A stretch of 64,000 bases of DNA from an uncultured Ruminococcus sp. (GTDB taxonomy: Bacteria > Bacillota > Clostridia > Oscillospirales > Ruminococcaceae). A model generated the notes under the pieces. That model saw nothing but the letters and a program-made list of their open reading frames with translations. It did not search any database and was not told the origin of the DNA. The first letter of the stretch is position 1. Every line of letters begins with the position of its first letter. Positions 7,853 to 16,704 of the stretch are shown here, piece after piece. A program made the translations under genes and the position numbers. The DNA lies in the NCBI GenBank assembly GCA_946537515.1, contig CAMNFV010000001.1:6812-70811 (forward strand), written 5' to 3'.

Positions 7853-8989
7853 TCATCGTTTGTGGACAAGCTGTTGCTGTGCAGCCTTCAGCGCTTCGCA
7901 AAGGGCGGTAATCTCTTCCGGCGTATTTTCCGCGCAGAAGCTGACACGCAATGTACTGTCCGCAAGATCCTGCTTGATGCCGAACTGCTGCAAAACGCCG
8001 CTCTGCTTGCCCTTGGAACATGCAGATCCGCTTGACACATAGATCTCCCTGTCAGAGAGGAAATGCAGCATGGTTTCCGAACGCAGTCCCTTGACCGAGA
8101 AACTCAGAATATATGGGCTGCCGTCTTCAGGTGAATTGATCGAAATGCCGTCAAGCGCCGAGAGCTGCCGGATACATTCAGCACGCAGTCCGGAAACATA
8201 TTCCGCACGCGCAGCGATCGTGCCGCGCAGCGTATCGACAGCCGCACCGAATCCGACGATCAGCGGTACAGATTCCGTACCGGGACGCATCGTCCCCTCC
8301 TGCTCGCCGCCCTTCATCAGCGGAATCAGCCGGACGCCTTTTTTGTGATACAGCGCGCCGACGCCCTTGCAGGCATGAACCTTGTGTCCGCTGACAGTCA
8401 GCAGATCGGCGTTCAGCTTCAACGGGCTGACCGGCAGTTTCATAAAACCCTGCACCGCATCGCAATGCGTGATCACCTGCGGAAAATTTCGTTTGATCTG
8501 CGCAAACGCCTGCTGTACCGGAAGCAAAGCGCCCGTTTCGTTATTCACAAGCATCATGCTGAGCAGGCAGGTGTCATCATTCACAGCAGCTGCGATTTGT
8601 TCCGCGTGCAGGATGCCGTCCGCATCCGGCGCCACACGGATCACCTCATAGCCCTCTGCCTCCAGCATGTCAAATGCGCCGCGCACAGATGCGTGCTCAA
8701 CAGTTGTCGTAATCACGCGGCGTTTCCGTCTGCCGTATGCATACGCTGCACCGCGAATCGCAAGATGATTGCTTTCCGTCGCACCGGATGTAAACATGAC
8801 AGCAGCAGCTTCGCATCCAAGCGCCGAAGCAATCTGCTTGCGCGCCTGCTCCATACAAAGCTGCGCTTCGAGTCCGAACCGGTGCAGAGAGGACGGATTG
8901 CCGTATGTTTCGCGCATCATTCCGCACATCGCGTTCAGACACGCTTCCCCCGGACGGGATGTCGCGGCGGAATCCAGATAAATCGTCAT
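7853..8989 (-). CDS. Cysteine desulfurase (NifS/IscS/NifZ class, PLP-dependent)
   Basis: ORF 7853-9193, trimmed to ATG 8989 (MTIYLDSAATSRPGE). The longer ORF would run through the tRNA-Leu gene and its promoter. Motifs: SGHKVHACKGVGALY (PLP Lys) and SSGSACS (active Cys loop). Confidence 0.85.
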   Translation of the reverse strand: MTIYLDSAATSRPGEACLNAMCGMMRETYGNPSSLHRFGLEAQLCMEQARKQIASALGCEAAAVMFTSGATESNHLAIRGAAYAYGRRKRRVITTTVEHASVRGAFDMLEAEGYEVIRVAPDADGILHAEQIAAAVNDDTCLLSMMLVNNETGALLPVQQAFAQIKRNFPQVITHCDAVQGFMKLPVSPLKLNADLLTVSGHKVHACKGVGALYHKKGVRLIPLMKGGEQEGTMRPGTESVPLIVGFGAAVDTLRGTIAARAEYVSGLRAECIRQLSALDGISINSPEDGSPYILSFSVKGLRSETMLHFLSDREIYVSSGSACSKGKQSGVLQQFGIKQDLADSTLRVSFCAENTPEEITALCEALKAAQQQLVHKR

Positions 8990-9088
8990 TTTTGTGAGAA
9001 TCCACTCCCTCATTTTAACTCTGAATCTATTATAACATACTTTTGCGAAAAATGCAAAAAAACTTTTTGAAAAATTTGCGAAAACCCC

Positions 9089-9117
9089 TTGACAAAACTT
9101 TCGGAATGTGCTATAAT
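9089..9117 (+). promoter_or_regulatory. Consensus SigA promoter of the tRNA operon
   Basis: TTGACA (9089-9094), 17-nt spacer, TGcTATAAT (extended -10; TATAAT at 9112-9117). Confidence 0.75.
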
Positions 9118-9150
9118 AACAAAGTCGCAGGAAAACAGCGGCAAGGATGT

Positions 9151-9234
9151 GCGGATATGGCGGAATTGGCAGACGCGCATGGTTCAGGTCCATGTGATAG
9201 CAATATCATGGAGGTTCAAGTCCTCTTATCCGCA
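9151..9234 (+). tRNA. tRNA-Leu (anticodon CAG), long variable arm
   Basis: Acceptor GCGGATA/TATCCGC. Anticodon stem CATGG/CCATG with loop TTCAGGT. Long variable arm. T-arm GGAGGTTCAAGTCCTCT. No encoded CCA. Confidence 0.9.
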
Positions 9235-9241
9235 TCCAAAG

Positions 9242-9274
9242 CCCTCATACAAACCGTATGAGGGTATTTTTATT
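9242..9274 (+). terminator. Intrinsic terminator between the two tRNA genes
   Basis: CCCTCATAC-aaacc-GTATGAGGG followed by TATTTTTATT. The T-run abuts the 5' end of tRNA-Gly. Confidence 0.7.
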
Positions 9275-9345
9275 GCAGGCGTAGTTTAATGGTAAAACAT
9301 CAGCTTCCCAAGCTGAGGTCGGGGGTTCGATTCCCCTCGCCTGCT
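9275..9345 (+). tRNA. tRNA-Gly (anticodon CCC)
   Basis: Acceptor GCAGGCG/CGCCTGC plus discriminator T. Anticodon stem TCAGC/GCTGA with loop TTCCCAA. T-arm GGGGGTTCGATTCCCCT. Confidence 0.9.
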
Positions 9346-9353
9346 TACGTGGT

Positions 9354-9407
9354 AAAGCATCGCATTTGCGTCATTTGTGCGTAGGTGCGATGCTTTTCCG
9401 TTTTATT
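9354..9407 (+). terminator. Terminator after tRNA-Gly
   Basis: AAAGCATCGCA ... TGCGATGCTTT followed by TCCGTTTTATT. Confidence 0.6.
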
Positions 9408-9747
9408 ATAATAGGCCGCTGCGCTCGGATTTCAGGATCTGTTCGGCAGAAATCAATGAAAGCAGATAGTAATTCCGGTCTGCGACTACCTTCCGCATCA
9501 GCTCCTTCAGATTTTTCACACGGGCGCGTTCAAACAGCGCATCCAGTTGTTTCATGGAGCAGTTGTTTGTGTAATAATCGTAAAGCTCTGCCGCAGTTTG
9601 ATTCAAATGCGCTAACCGCAGCGCTTCAGCGGCCGCGACTGCTTCCGGCTCGCCCTCCAAAACCGGCACGCGCAAACGGAACTGCCCGTCCAGATACTTC
9701 CGCTCATCTGGGCAGGCCGTGCCGAGCTGCATCGACTTATATTCCAT
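9406..9747 (-). CDS. Hypothetical small protein (113 aa)
   Basis: ORF 9406-9807, trimmed to ATG 9747 (MEYKSMQLGTACPDERKY) with GGAGG 6 nt upstream. No family recognised. Confidence 0.5.
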   Translation of the reverse strand: MEYKSMQLGTACPDERKYLDGQFRLRVPVLEGEPEAVAAAEALRLAHLNQTAAELYDYYTNNCSMKQLDALFERARVKNLKELMRKVVADRNYYLLSLISAEQILKSERSGLL

Positions 9748-9849
9748 ATATGCCTCCGTTGTATGATATATAGTATTATATCGTTTCGATGTCGATTTGT
9801 CAAGCAAAACGCCTGTGCATTCACAATGAATACACAGGCGTTCATTCGT

Positions 9850-12732
9850 TTATGCCGGAGAAACAGCCAGATAATCAATATTCGGGCCGCCCTGATCGGT
9901 TTCAGAAGTCATGCGGATCGTGTTCATACCGGGCTGAAGTGTCAGCGAAAGCTTAATATCTGCCCAGGTCGTCCATGCGCCGGTTCCGTTGAAATCAACC
10001 GACTGCCCTGCGCCGCCGTTGACAGAAATCTTCATGACACGGTTCGATTCGCTGCCGTTCGCGACACGGAGCGTACCGTTATAAGTACCGGATTTTGCAG
10101 CATATACGCGGAATTCCACATAGCTGCCGGTCACATTATCGAGATTCAGATACGCCGCATCCTTGAAGCCTGCGTTCGTCGATTCCTCGATACCCTGTGC
10201 ATAGCCGGCGTCGATCGCATAATAGAAGCCGCCGTCATAGGAATCCGATCCGAGCAGATATTTTTGCAGCGCAACTGCATCCGCAATCGTCACAGCGCCG
10301 TCGCCGTTGACATCTGCCGGACGCTTTTCCACTCTGGAGCGCGAAGGCTTGAGAATCTCCTGCTTCATCAGCGAGAGATCAGCTGCATTCACGATGCCGT
10401 CATCGTCAAGATCTCCGGAGATGAAATCCGGAGCAGCCGGATGGAACGAGATCGTTTCCAGTACCCATGTCTGGCACTTTTCGCCGTTCTTTTCCCATTC
10501 CTGTACATTTGCGCCGGCCGCTGCGGATGCCGAAGCAACCTCAACGCACTTTTCAAAGCCGCTAGTCTGCGTCAGGATGATATAGCCGCCGGATACGCGC
10601 CGGAACTGCACCGTCTGTGCCGCTGCATCTTTGCTCTTCTGCACGGATGCATTTCCGTTATCAATCGTCAGAATCTGGCCTGCCGTATTCTTCAGGACAT
10701 AACCGTCCTCGCCGGATGCCTGCAATGTCCAGATCGCATTGGCATTTTCTGCATTTTTATCCTGCACCGCATTGCCGTCTGCACCGGTCAGATAGAGGCC
10801 GCTGCTGAGATTGCGGAGCACAAATGCCTTGGAAGTATCCATAACCGCCGGGGAATCAGAGCCGCTGAGCTGGCCGTTGATCGTCACCGCCGGGCGATCC
10901 GGAAGCGGCTGATCGGAACCGAGATAGAAGCTCGGATGCGGCGGCTGATTGTAGCAGTTCTGCTCGGATGCAACCTGCATTCTGTACTGCATATCGTGCA
11001 TCAGCGTAGTGATGCGGGAATCCGTTGTGTAGGGTGTGCAGAAGATGCGGAGCGTCTTGCTGTCCTGAGAATGCAGGATCAGCTCCTCACGCCAGTCTCC
11101 GAAGATATCCGCGGAGAGATTCGGCGTTGCCTTAGTACCGTTGCAGGAATCAAAACCGGTTGCAGTAAACAGCGTTTCGATCTTACCGGCCTGATTGACC
11201 TTTGTGATCGTATTGCCGTCGAGCAGCTCACGTTCAAGATCGCCGTCCCACCAGATCAGGAAGTTCATCGCCGGGCAGTCCATTGCGAGCGTCTTGCCGC
11301 TGCCGTCAAAGACCGCTTCGGAAAGAGATCCCCAGAATTCACCGCCGGGATTGCCAGCCCAGACATTGCCCGCGCAGCATCTGCCGGTATCCTTGCGGCG
11401 GTTTTCATGCACCAGGATCTTACCGGTCGCCGCGTCAATCAGGGAAACGCCCCAAGGTTCATGCTCATGGCAGACCCAGAATTCCTGTCCGGGGTGATCC
11501 GGCAGAAAGTCACTCAGATGCATCGCGTCGCCGTGGCCGAGATTCGTAGACCAGAGCACCTTGCCGTTGTCATCAAATGCAACTGCACCGACAAGAATCT
11601 CATCCTTGCCGTCACCGTCAACATCAGCCGGCATACAGTTGTGGTTGCCGTTGCCCCAGCCGGTGTAATTGGTCTGCGCAAAACCGGAATCATATGCCCA
11701 GCGCTTGACGAGTTTTTTATTGACCACATCATATGCGACAGCCGTCATACGGGTATAGTATCCACGGAATGAAACCGCGCTCGGATGTACGCCGTCAAGA
11801 TAAGCAACCGTTCCGAGGAAACGGTCGCAGCGGTTGCCGTAATCATCACCCCATGTGGCTTTTGTAACAGTTCCGCGCGGATGCTCATAGCTGACTGTAT
11901 CAAGCAGCGCACCCGTTTCGCCGTCAAACAGCGAATAATACTCCGGACCGGAAAGGATATAGCCGCCGGAATTGCGGTAATCCTTTGACGCGTCTCCGAC
12001 AATCTTTCCCTTTGCATCGACGGTGCCGTCTGCGGTTTTGCAGGTCATTTCGCATTTGCCGTCATTGTCAAAGTCTGCGACAAGGAATTGCGTATAGTGC
12101 GCACCTGCGCGGATATTCTTACCGAGATCAATGCGCCAGAGCTTCTCGCCGGTCAGACGGTAGCAGTCAATATAAACATTGCCGGTATAGCCTGACTGTG
12201 AATTATCCTTCGCATTGGTCGGATTCCATTTCAGGAAGATCTCATATACGCCGTCGCCGTCCACATCACCGACCGAGCAGTCATTCGCCTCATAGGTATA
12301 GGCAACGCCGTCCGGTGACGTGCCGCCGCGCGGAATATCCAGCGGAATATCAAAATAGGACTGGCCGGAGACCATGGAGCAGGTATCCGAGCTGACCTTT
12401 TTCCCGCCGACGACCGTATCGACGCGGTATTTGGAATTCGCGCTGCCGGATGCATCGAGGTAGCTGGTCGCCTTGCCCGCTTCGCTCGTATAAATCAGCG
12501 TATCATCGCGGAAGAGCTGGAATTCCGCTCTGTCATTGTCATTCGCAAGGAACCGCCAGCTGACCATCATCCCCTTGCCGGTATTGTAGGCGATCAAACC
12601 GCGGTCGAGCAGCTCCGCGACATTCTGACCCGTTCCGTATGCAGCAGATGTCGTCAATGAAGCAGGCACCGGAAGCATACCGGCCGCAGCGACAATCGCC
12701 GCAACGACCGTACAACTTTTCTTGATTTTCAT
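9850..12732 (-). CDS. PL11 rhamnogalacturonan lyase (YesW-like beta-propeller) + ricin-B/CBM13-like module + dockerin + C-terminal CBM35/6-like module
   Basis: Signal peptide. Catalytic region YTYEANDCSVGDVDGDGVYEIFLKWNPTNAKDNSQSGYTGNVYIDCY and FLVADFDNDGKCEM (FG-GAP-like Ca sites). Dockerin: GDLDDDGIVNAADLSLMKQ...ADVNGDGAVTIADAVALQKYL. C-terminus: GAWTTWADIKLSLTLQPGMNTIRM...PNIDYLAV. ATG 12732 preferred over the GTG at 12741. Confidence 0.85.
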   Translation of the reverse strand: MKIKKSCTVVAAIVAAAGMLPVPASLTTSAAYGTGQNVAELLDRGLIAYNTGKGMMVSWRFLANDNDRAEFQLFRDDTLIYTSEAGKATSYLDASGSANSKYRVDTVVGGKKVSSDTCSMVSGQSYFDIPLDIPRGGTSPDGVAYTYEANDCSVGDVDGDGVYEIFLKWNPTNAKDNSQSGYTGNVYIDCYRLTGEKLWRIDLGKNIRAGAHYTQFLVADFDNDGKCEMTCKTADGTVDAKGKIVGDASKDYRNSGGYILSGPEYYSLFDGETGALLDTVSYEHPRGTVTKATWGDDYGNRCDRFLGTVAYLDGVHPSAVSFRGYYTRMTAVAYDVVNKKLVKRWAYDSGFAQTNYTGWGNGNHNCMPADVDGDGKDEILVGAVAFDDNGKVLWSTNLGHGDAMHLSDFLPDHPGQEFWVCHEHEPWGVSLIDAATGKILVHENRRKDTGRCCAGNVWAGNPGGEFWGSLSEAVFDGSGKTLAMDCPAMNFLIWWDGDLERELLDGNTITKVNQAGKIETLFTATGFDSCNGTKATPNLSADIFGDWREELILHSQDSKTLRIFCTPYTTDSRITTLMHDMQYRMQVASEQNCYNQPPHPSFYLGSDQPLPDRPAVTINGQLSGSDSPAVMDTSKAFVLRNLSSGLYLTGADGNAVQDKNAENANAIWTLQASGEDGYVLKNTAGQILTIDNGNASVQKSKDAAAQTVQFRRVSGGYIILTQTSGFEKCVEVASASAAAGANVQEWEKNGEKCQTWVLETISFHPAAPDFISGDLDDDGIVNAADLSLMKQEILKPSRSRVEKRPADVNGDGAVTIADAVALQKYLLGSDSYDGGFYYAIDAGYAQGIEESTNAGFKDAAYLNLDNVTGSYVEFRVYAAKSGTYNGTLRVANGSESNRVMKISVNGGAGQSVDFNGTGAWTTWADIKLSLTLQPGMNTIRMTSETDQGGPNIDYLAVSPA

Positions 12733-12910
12733 ACATTTCACCCTTTCTCAATGGCAACCATATGCTTTCTCACACAATTCTCCATTCTTTTTATTTATTA
12801 TAGCATACCACTCCGCAAAAAGATAGTGTATTTTCGGTGCAAAAACTGGATAAAATATAGATTCTGTCCGTATTTCTCCGGAAACTTGTATGATACTTTT
12901 ACATACATGT

Positions 12911-12946
12911 GAAAAAGCACCGAGTCCGAAGACCCGGTGCTTTCTC
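12911..12946 (-). terminator. Intrinsic terminator downstream of the dockerin protein gene
   Basis: Minus strand reads AAAGCACCGGGTC-ttcg-GACTCGGTGCTTT followed by TTTC. Confidence 0.65.
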
Positions 12947-12985
12947 TCGTTCCGATTCTCTTTATGATATAGGCAAATGTCAGAT

Positions 12986-14536
12986 TTAAGCGGCAGGCGG
13001 TGCCGGGACTTTATGATAAACTTCAATGATCCACTCAAACGGATCGGTTTTATAAGTCTTCGGCTCGCCAGGTTTCGGATTGCTGATATCGGTCAGCGTC
13101 ACGAGCGCATAATAGTGCCGAACCTCCGATTCCGTGATCTCCGTCTCGATCGTTGTGGAGTATTTGCTGCCGATTCCTGTGCTCTTCAGCTGAGAGCATG
13201 GGATTTCCTCATCGGTATCGGCATTGAACAACTTCACTTCGATTTTGGTTTTCGTCGGTGTCAGCGCAAGCGGAATGGTGAAATAAAAATTATAGGATTC
13301 AGTAATCGTCGTATCCTCCGGAAAAGAATACGAATTGTACTGCCGTTCACCCTGGAACGTGATTTTCGGAGTTTCCTGTTCCTTTCCCGCTGTCATCAGC
13401 ACTTGCTTCAGCAGACTGAGGTCTGCGGCATTGACGATATTATCTTCGTTCAGGTCTGCGAGTACCCAGAAATACAACTCGCCGTCACCGACCAGGTACT
13501 TGCTCAGCATGACCGCATCCGCGATCGTCAGCTGCTCGTCATAATTCACATCGCCGGGAATCGGCTCCTTAAACTGCCCCGGATCAATGATAATCACTTC
13601 ATCCGGTGAAGCCGCAGCGAAATACTGAACGCTCTCTTCTCTGTGCTGCTTTTCCGGATCATCGGTATATCCCATAAAAGTTGCAGCCGTGAGTTTCACA
13701 AGACCGTTGCTGAGCGGACGGTAAACCATGAATATAGAATCCGATTCACCTGCCAGCATCCCCAGCCGATCCTGATGAATATTCTCCGAAGCGATGCACG
13801 CCAGTCTCGTTGTGCCGGTCTGCTTGATTTCCAATTCCTGTCCGGTGCTGTGATTGACCCGGCCGCAGTATACTATATAGTTATCATGCAGCGTGATTGC
13901 TTCGGAATCCTTATGGTTGTTATAAAACGCATCAAATTCTTGAATACTGTCCGGCACCCAGCTGTAAATATCATCTTCGGTGATTTTGTCGTCCTGGTCA
14001 CAGCTGAATTCATAGCAATCGGAATTCAGAAGCTTTGTACCATTATAAATCAGCTGCTTCTCAATTTTCAGCGTGGTATCAGGTTGCATGGAATACACAG
14101 TCAGATGATACTTGTTCGGCGCTTCATAGGCATTCTTTTCTTCATTAAACGCCATGAATTCCAGGTCGCGCATCAGATTCCTATATTCCTGATACTCCTT
14201 TGAATTTTCATCCGGCGCCTCAGGCTTCGGAATCGAATCAAACACGACATCACGATAAACGGAATACGGATTTTCCACTTCGCCGGTCGCATCTATCTTT
14301 TCCGAATACGAATACTTAGCATCCCGAAGCTGCTTCTCCAGAACACAGACCAGACCATCCGCGATATGCGTTGCACCGTACTGATTGGAGAATTCCATTG
14401 CGCTCATATAATCGGTCGGGACCCAGTCCGGTACCGGGACATCCGGCGGAACAGGTTCAGCAAAAGCGGGAAAACTATTCAGAGAAGAAAGTACTAAGAC
14501 TGCCGCTGCAAATCCTGCTGCGATTGTTCGTTTCAT
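12986..14536 (-). CDS. Secreted dockerin-containing protein of unknown function
   Basis: 516 aa. Signal peptide MKRTIAAGFAAAVLVLSSLNSFPAFA. Internal dockerin GDVNYDEQLTIADAVMLSKYL...ADLNEDNIVNAADLSLLKQVL. The flanking modules are unrecognised. AAGGAGG RBS. Confidence 0.75.
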   Translation of the reverse strand: MKRTIAAGFAAAVLVLSSLNSFPAFAEPVPPDVPVPDWVPTDYMSAMEFSNQYGATHIADGLVCVLEKQLRDAKYSYSEKIDATGEVENPYSVYRDVVFDSIPKPEAPDENSKEYQEYRNLMRDLEFMAFNEEKNAYEAPNKYHLTVYSMQPDTTLKIEKQLIYNGTKLLNSDCYEFSCDQDDKITEDDIYSWVPDSIQEFDAFYNNHKDSEAITLHDNYIVYCGRVNHSTGQELEIKQTGTTRLACIASENIHQDRLGMLAGESDSIFMVYRPLSNGLVKLTAATFMGYTDDPEKQHREESVQYFAAASPDEVIIIDPGQFKEPIPGDVNYDEQLTIADAVMLSKYLVGDGELYFWVLADLNEDNIVNAADLSLLKQVLMTAGKEQETPKITFQGERQYNSYSFPEDTTITESYNFYFTIPLALTPTKTKIEVKLFNADTDEEIPCSQLKSTGIGSKYSTTIETEITESEVRHYYALVTLTDISNPKPGEPKTYKTDPFEWIIEVYHKVPAPPAA

Positions 14537-14549
14537 AATCGTTCCTCCT

Positions 14550-15638
14550 TTATTTCGCTGGTTTCATCACTTCCGCAATTTCAATCATAGTATCTGCATT
14601 TTTCTTATAGCCGGAGATCTGGCAGACTGCATTGCCGTCAAACCAGGTAATCATGCAGCCCCATTTGGAATCCTGCTTGCGGAGATCATGCCGGTATGCA
14701 GGATTGCCGCCGATTTCGGTCTCTGTCAGATCATAGCCCTGCACAGAGAACTGGAACGGTACGAGCGAATTTCTGTAATAGACAAAGAAGCGATAGCTGC
14801 GGTTTTCTGCCGTATCGGTCACGCGATATGCAATGCCGTCCAGACTGCTCTCGGAGAAATCCTCTGATACGACAAAACGGTCATCCGCAGCAAAATAATC
14901 GTAAACTGCCGGCGCGAGATCAGCGCTGTATGCATATTTCAGCAGAGAACTGTCGCCGTTATCCGACACCGTAAAGCCGGATTTTACAGAGCCGCTCTTG
15001 AGCCCAGTCGTTTCATATACCAGCGTTTCTGTCAGTACGGTTTCCGTCACCGCGAGCGTTTCCGATACAGGAACTGTTTCTGTCTGTACGACAGGCGGTT
15101 CTGTACTTTGCGGTTCGGGTTCCTGAATGATAGTTGCTTCTGTCTGTGTCGCCGTAACCTCCGTTTCCGGCATGGAAGAAACCGTTGTCTGCAAAGGCTC
15201 TTCTTCTTTTTCCGTCAGAACTGTTGTAACTGTTTCCGGGACTTGCGCCTGTTCGGTTTCCGTATGCGGCGCAGTCGTTTCTGTGACAATCTCGATCTGA
15301 TCCGAATTCTGAACCGGGAACGTCATGCCCTGCTTCGATGTGGAGATCAGTCCGTAACCGATTATGCCGGCAATACCTGCCGTCAGTACCAGGCAGGCAG
15401 CCGTTGCATACCGGTTGACATACATCCGGATCGGTTTCTTCGCAGGCATCGCATCCGATTCATCCGGCTGAACGCCCTCATTTTCAGCCGTACCTTCGGG
15501 CAACTGCGAAAGATATTTCCGGTAACTGCGGCGGAACACCCGTTCCATATCCCAGTCTGCGGGATACTGTTCCGCGATTTTCTCTGCCGTTTTCACATCA
15601 ACATTCCGAAGCTGATGCAAATCCGGATTTCGTTTCAT
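14550..15638 (-). CDS. Anti-sigma-factor-like single-pass membrane protein with Thr/Glu-rich linker and DUF4367-like extracellular C-terminal domain
   Basis: 362 aa. TM helix YATAACLVLTAGIAGIIGYGLI. C-terminus ITWFDGNAVCQISGYKKNADTMIEIAEVM. Lies immediately downstream of the sigma-factor gene. GGAGGGGG RBS. Confidence 0.6.
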   Translation of the reverse strand: MKRNPDLHQLRNVDVKTAEKIAEQYPADWDMERVFRRSYRKYLSQLPEGTAENEGVQPDESDAMPAKKPIRMYVNRYATAACLVLTAGIAGIIGYGLISTSKQGMTFPVQNSDQIEIVTETTAPHTETEQAQVPETVTTVLTEKEEEPLQTTVSSMPETEVTATQTEATIIQEPEPQSTEPPVVQTETVPVSETLAVTETVLTETLVYETTGLKSGSVKSGFTVSDNGDSSLLKYAYSADLAPAVYDYFAADDRFVVSEDFSESSLDGIAYRVTDTAENRSYRFFVYYRNSLVPFQFSVQGYDLTETEIGGNPAYRHDLRKQDSKWGCMITWFDGNAVCQISGYKKNADTMIEIAEVMKPAK

Positions 15639-15651
15639 AGTACCCCCTCCT

Positions 15652-16257
15652 TCATAAAGTCATTCCCTTTTCCTCAAGCCGCTTCCGCAGCCGTTTCAAC
15701 GCTCTGCTCAGCCGCACTCTGACATTGATCGTCTGAAGATTGACTGCTTTCGCGATTTCCTCAGATTTCCTGTTATAAAAATACTTCTGTATGATAATTG
15801 TCGCATCCGGCTCGCCGAGTGCCTGTATTTCAGCAAACAGCTCCGATGAGACCGCTGCCGCCTCGGTTTCAGCCTCAACATCCTCTGATGAGACCGGCTC
15901 CGGAACCGATTCATCAGAAAGGGACAGCGTGTCCTTGCGGGACGCCTGCTTCCGGAACCGGTCTATGGCCGCCCGCTTTGCAGTAACGCCGATATAGCCC
16001 TGCAAAGCGCCCTCTGCAATATTGTCAAAATGCAGAAACACACTCGCAAATACATCGCTGACACATTCTTCTGCATCCTCCTTGGTGCAGATCTTGCGCA
16101 GTCTGCCCCAGACGATCGCATAAACATATGCCTGATACTGCAAAAACAACGCTCTGAAGCCGTCCTCCCTCGACTGTCCGATCAGATCGCGCAGTTCATG
16201 CTCGGTCATTTTGGTATACCTCGAATCGAAAACCTTATTTGCAAAAACTGTTTTCAT
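15652..16257 (-). CDS. ECF-type RNA polymerase sigma-70 family factor
   Basis: 201 aa. Region 2: FRALFLQYQAYVYAIVWGRL...AEECVSDVFASVF. Region 4 HTH: SEEIAKAVNLQTINVRVRLSRALKRLRK. The start is uncertain; M17 is an alternative. Confidence 0.8.
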   Translation of the reverse strand: MKTVFANKVFDSRYTKMTEHELRDLIGQSREDGFRALFLQYQAYVYAIVWGRLRKICTKEDAEECVSDVFASVFLHFDNIAEGALQGYIGVTAKRAAIDRFRKQASRKDTLSLSDESVPEPVSSEDVEAETEAAAVSSELFAEIQALGEPDATIIIQKYFYNRKSEEIAKAVNLQTINVRVRLSRALKRLRKRLEEKGMTL

Positions 16258-16325
16258 ATAATATAATCGTTTCCCGCAGCAGAAATGTTACGCGAAATCG
16301 AAATATTTCACAGCTTTACAGTTTT

Positions 16326-16354
16326 AGTATACATCAGATACCGTTATTTGTCAA
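16326..16354 (-). promoter_or_regulatory. SigA-type promoter of the sigma/anti-sigma/dockerin operon
   Basis: Minus strand reads TTGACA (16354-16349), 17-nt spacer, TATACT (16331-16326). Confidence 0.6.
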
Positions 16355-16478
16355 CATTTACGCAGCATACCGTTGCGGCAGGTCAGCTGTGAAAGAAATA
16401 CCGAAAAGAGGATCAGACTTATTCGCCACAGGCGGAGAAAAGGAGCCATAACCAGATGAAAGACGCTTGATTCACGGC

Positions 16479-16514
16479 AAAAGAAAAAAGGGAACCGGCT
16501 TTACATCGGCTCCC
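16479..16514 (-). terminator. Orphan intrinsic terminator (minus strand) with no annotated gene upstream
   Basis: Minus strand reads GGGAGCCG-auguaaagc-CGGUUCCC (8 bp including one G.U pair) followed by UUUUUUCUUUUG. Confidence 0.55.
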
Positions 16515-16704
16515 GTTTCATCGCAAAATGATTTCAGATAGATTTATGGCTGAAGATAAAAAAGCCATGGGCAATGGACTGCGGAGAGAGACAGACAGTG
16601 AATCTAGTGCATTGCTGCATAAAAGCTGAATTTGTCGTTGTTTACAATTTAGCTGTTTCGATTTTGTATGATATAACGAATTTTCACTATTTGCGCAAAG
16701 TGTA

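Noticed and set aside
7853-9193. N-terminal extensions of supplied ORFs. Examples: the first 68 codons of 7853-9193; 28066-28203; 31443-31538; 53427-53600; 43270-43311; 42056-42151; 4766-4888; 30317-30361.
   Set aside because: - The extensions lack an RBS, have junk-like composition, and in one case run through the tRNA-Leu gene and its promoter.
- An internal start with a strong Shine-Dalgarno, matching the usual family N-terminus, was chosen instead.
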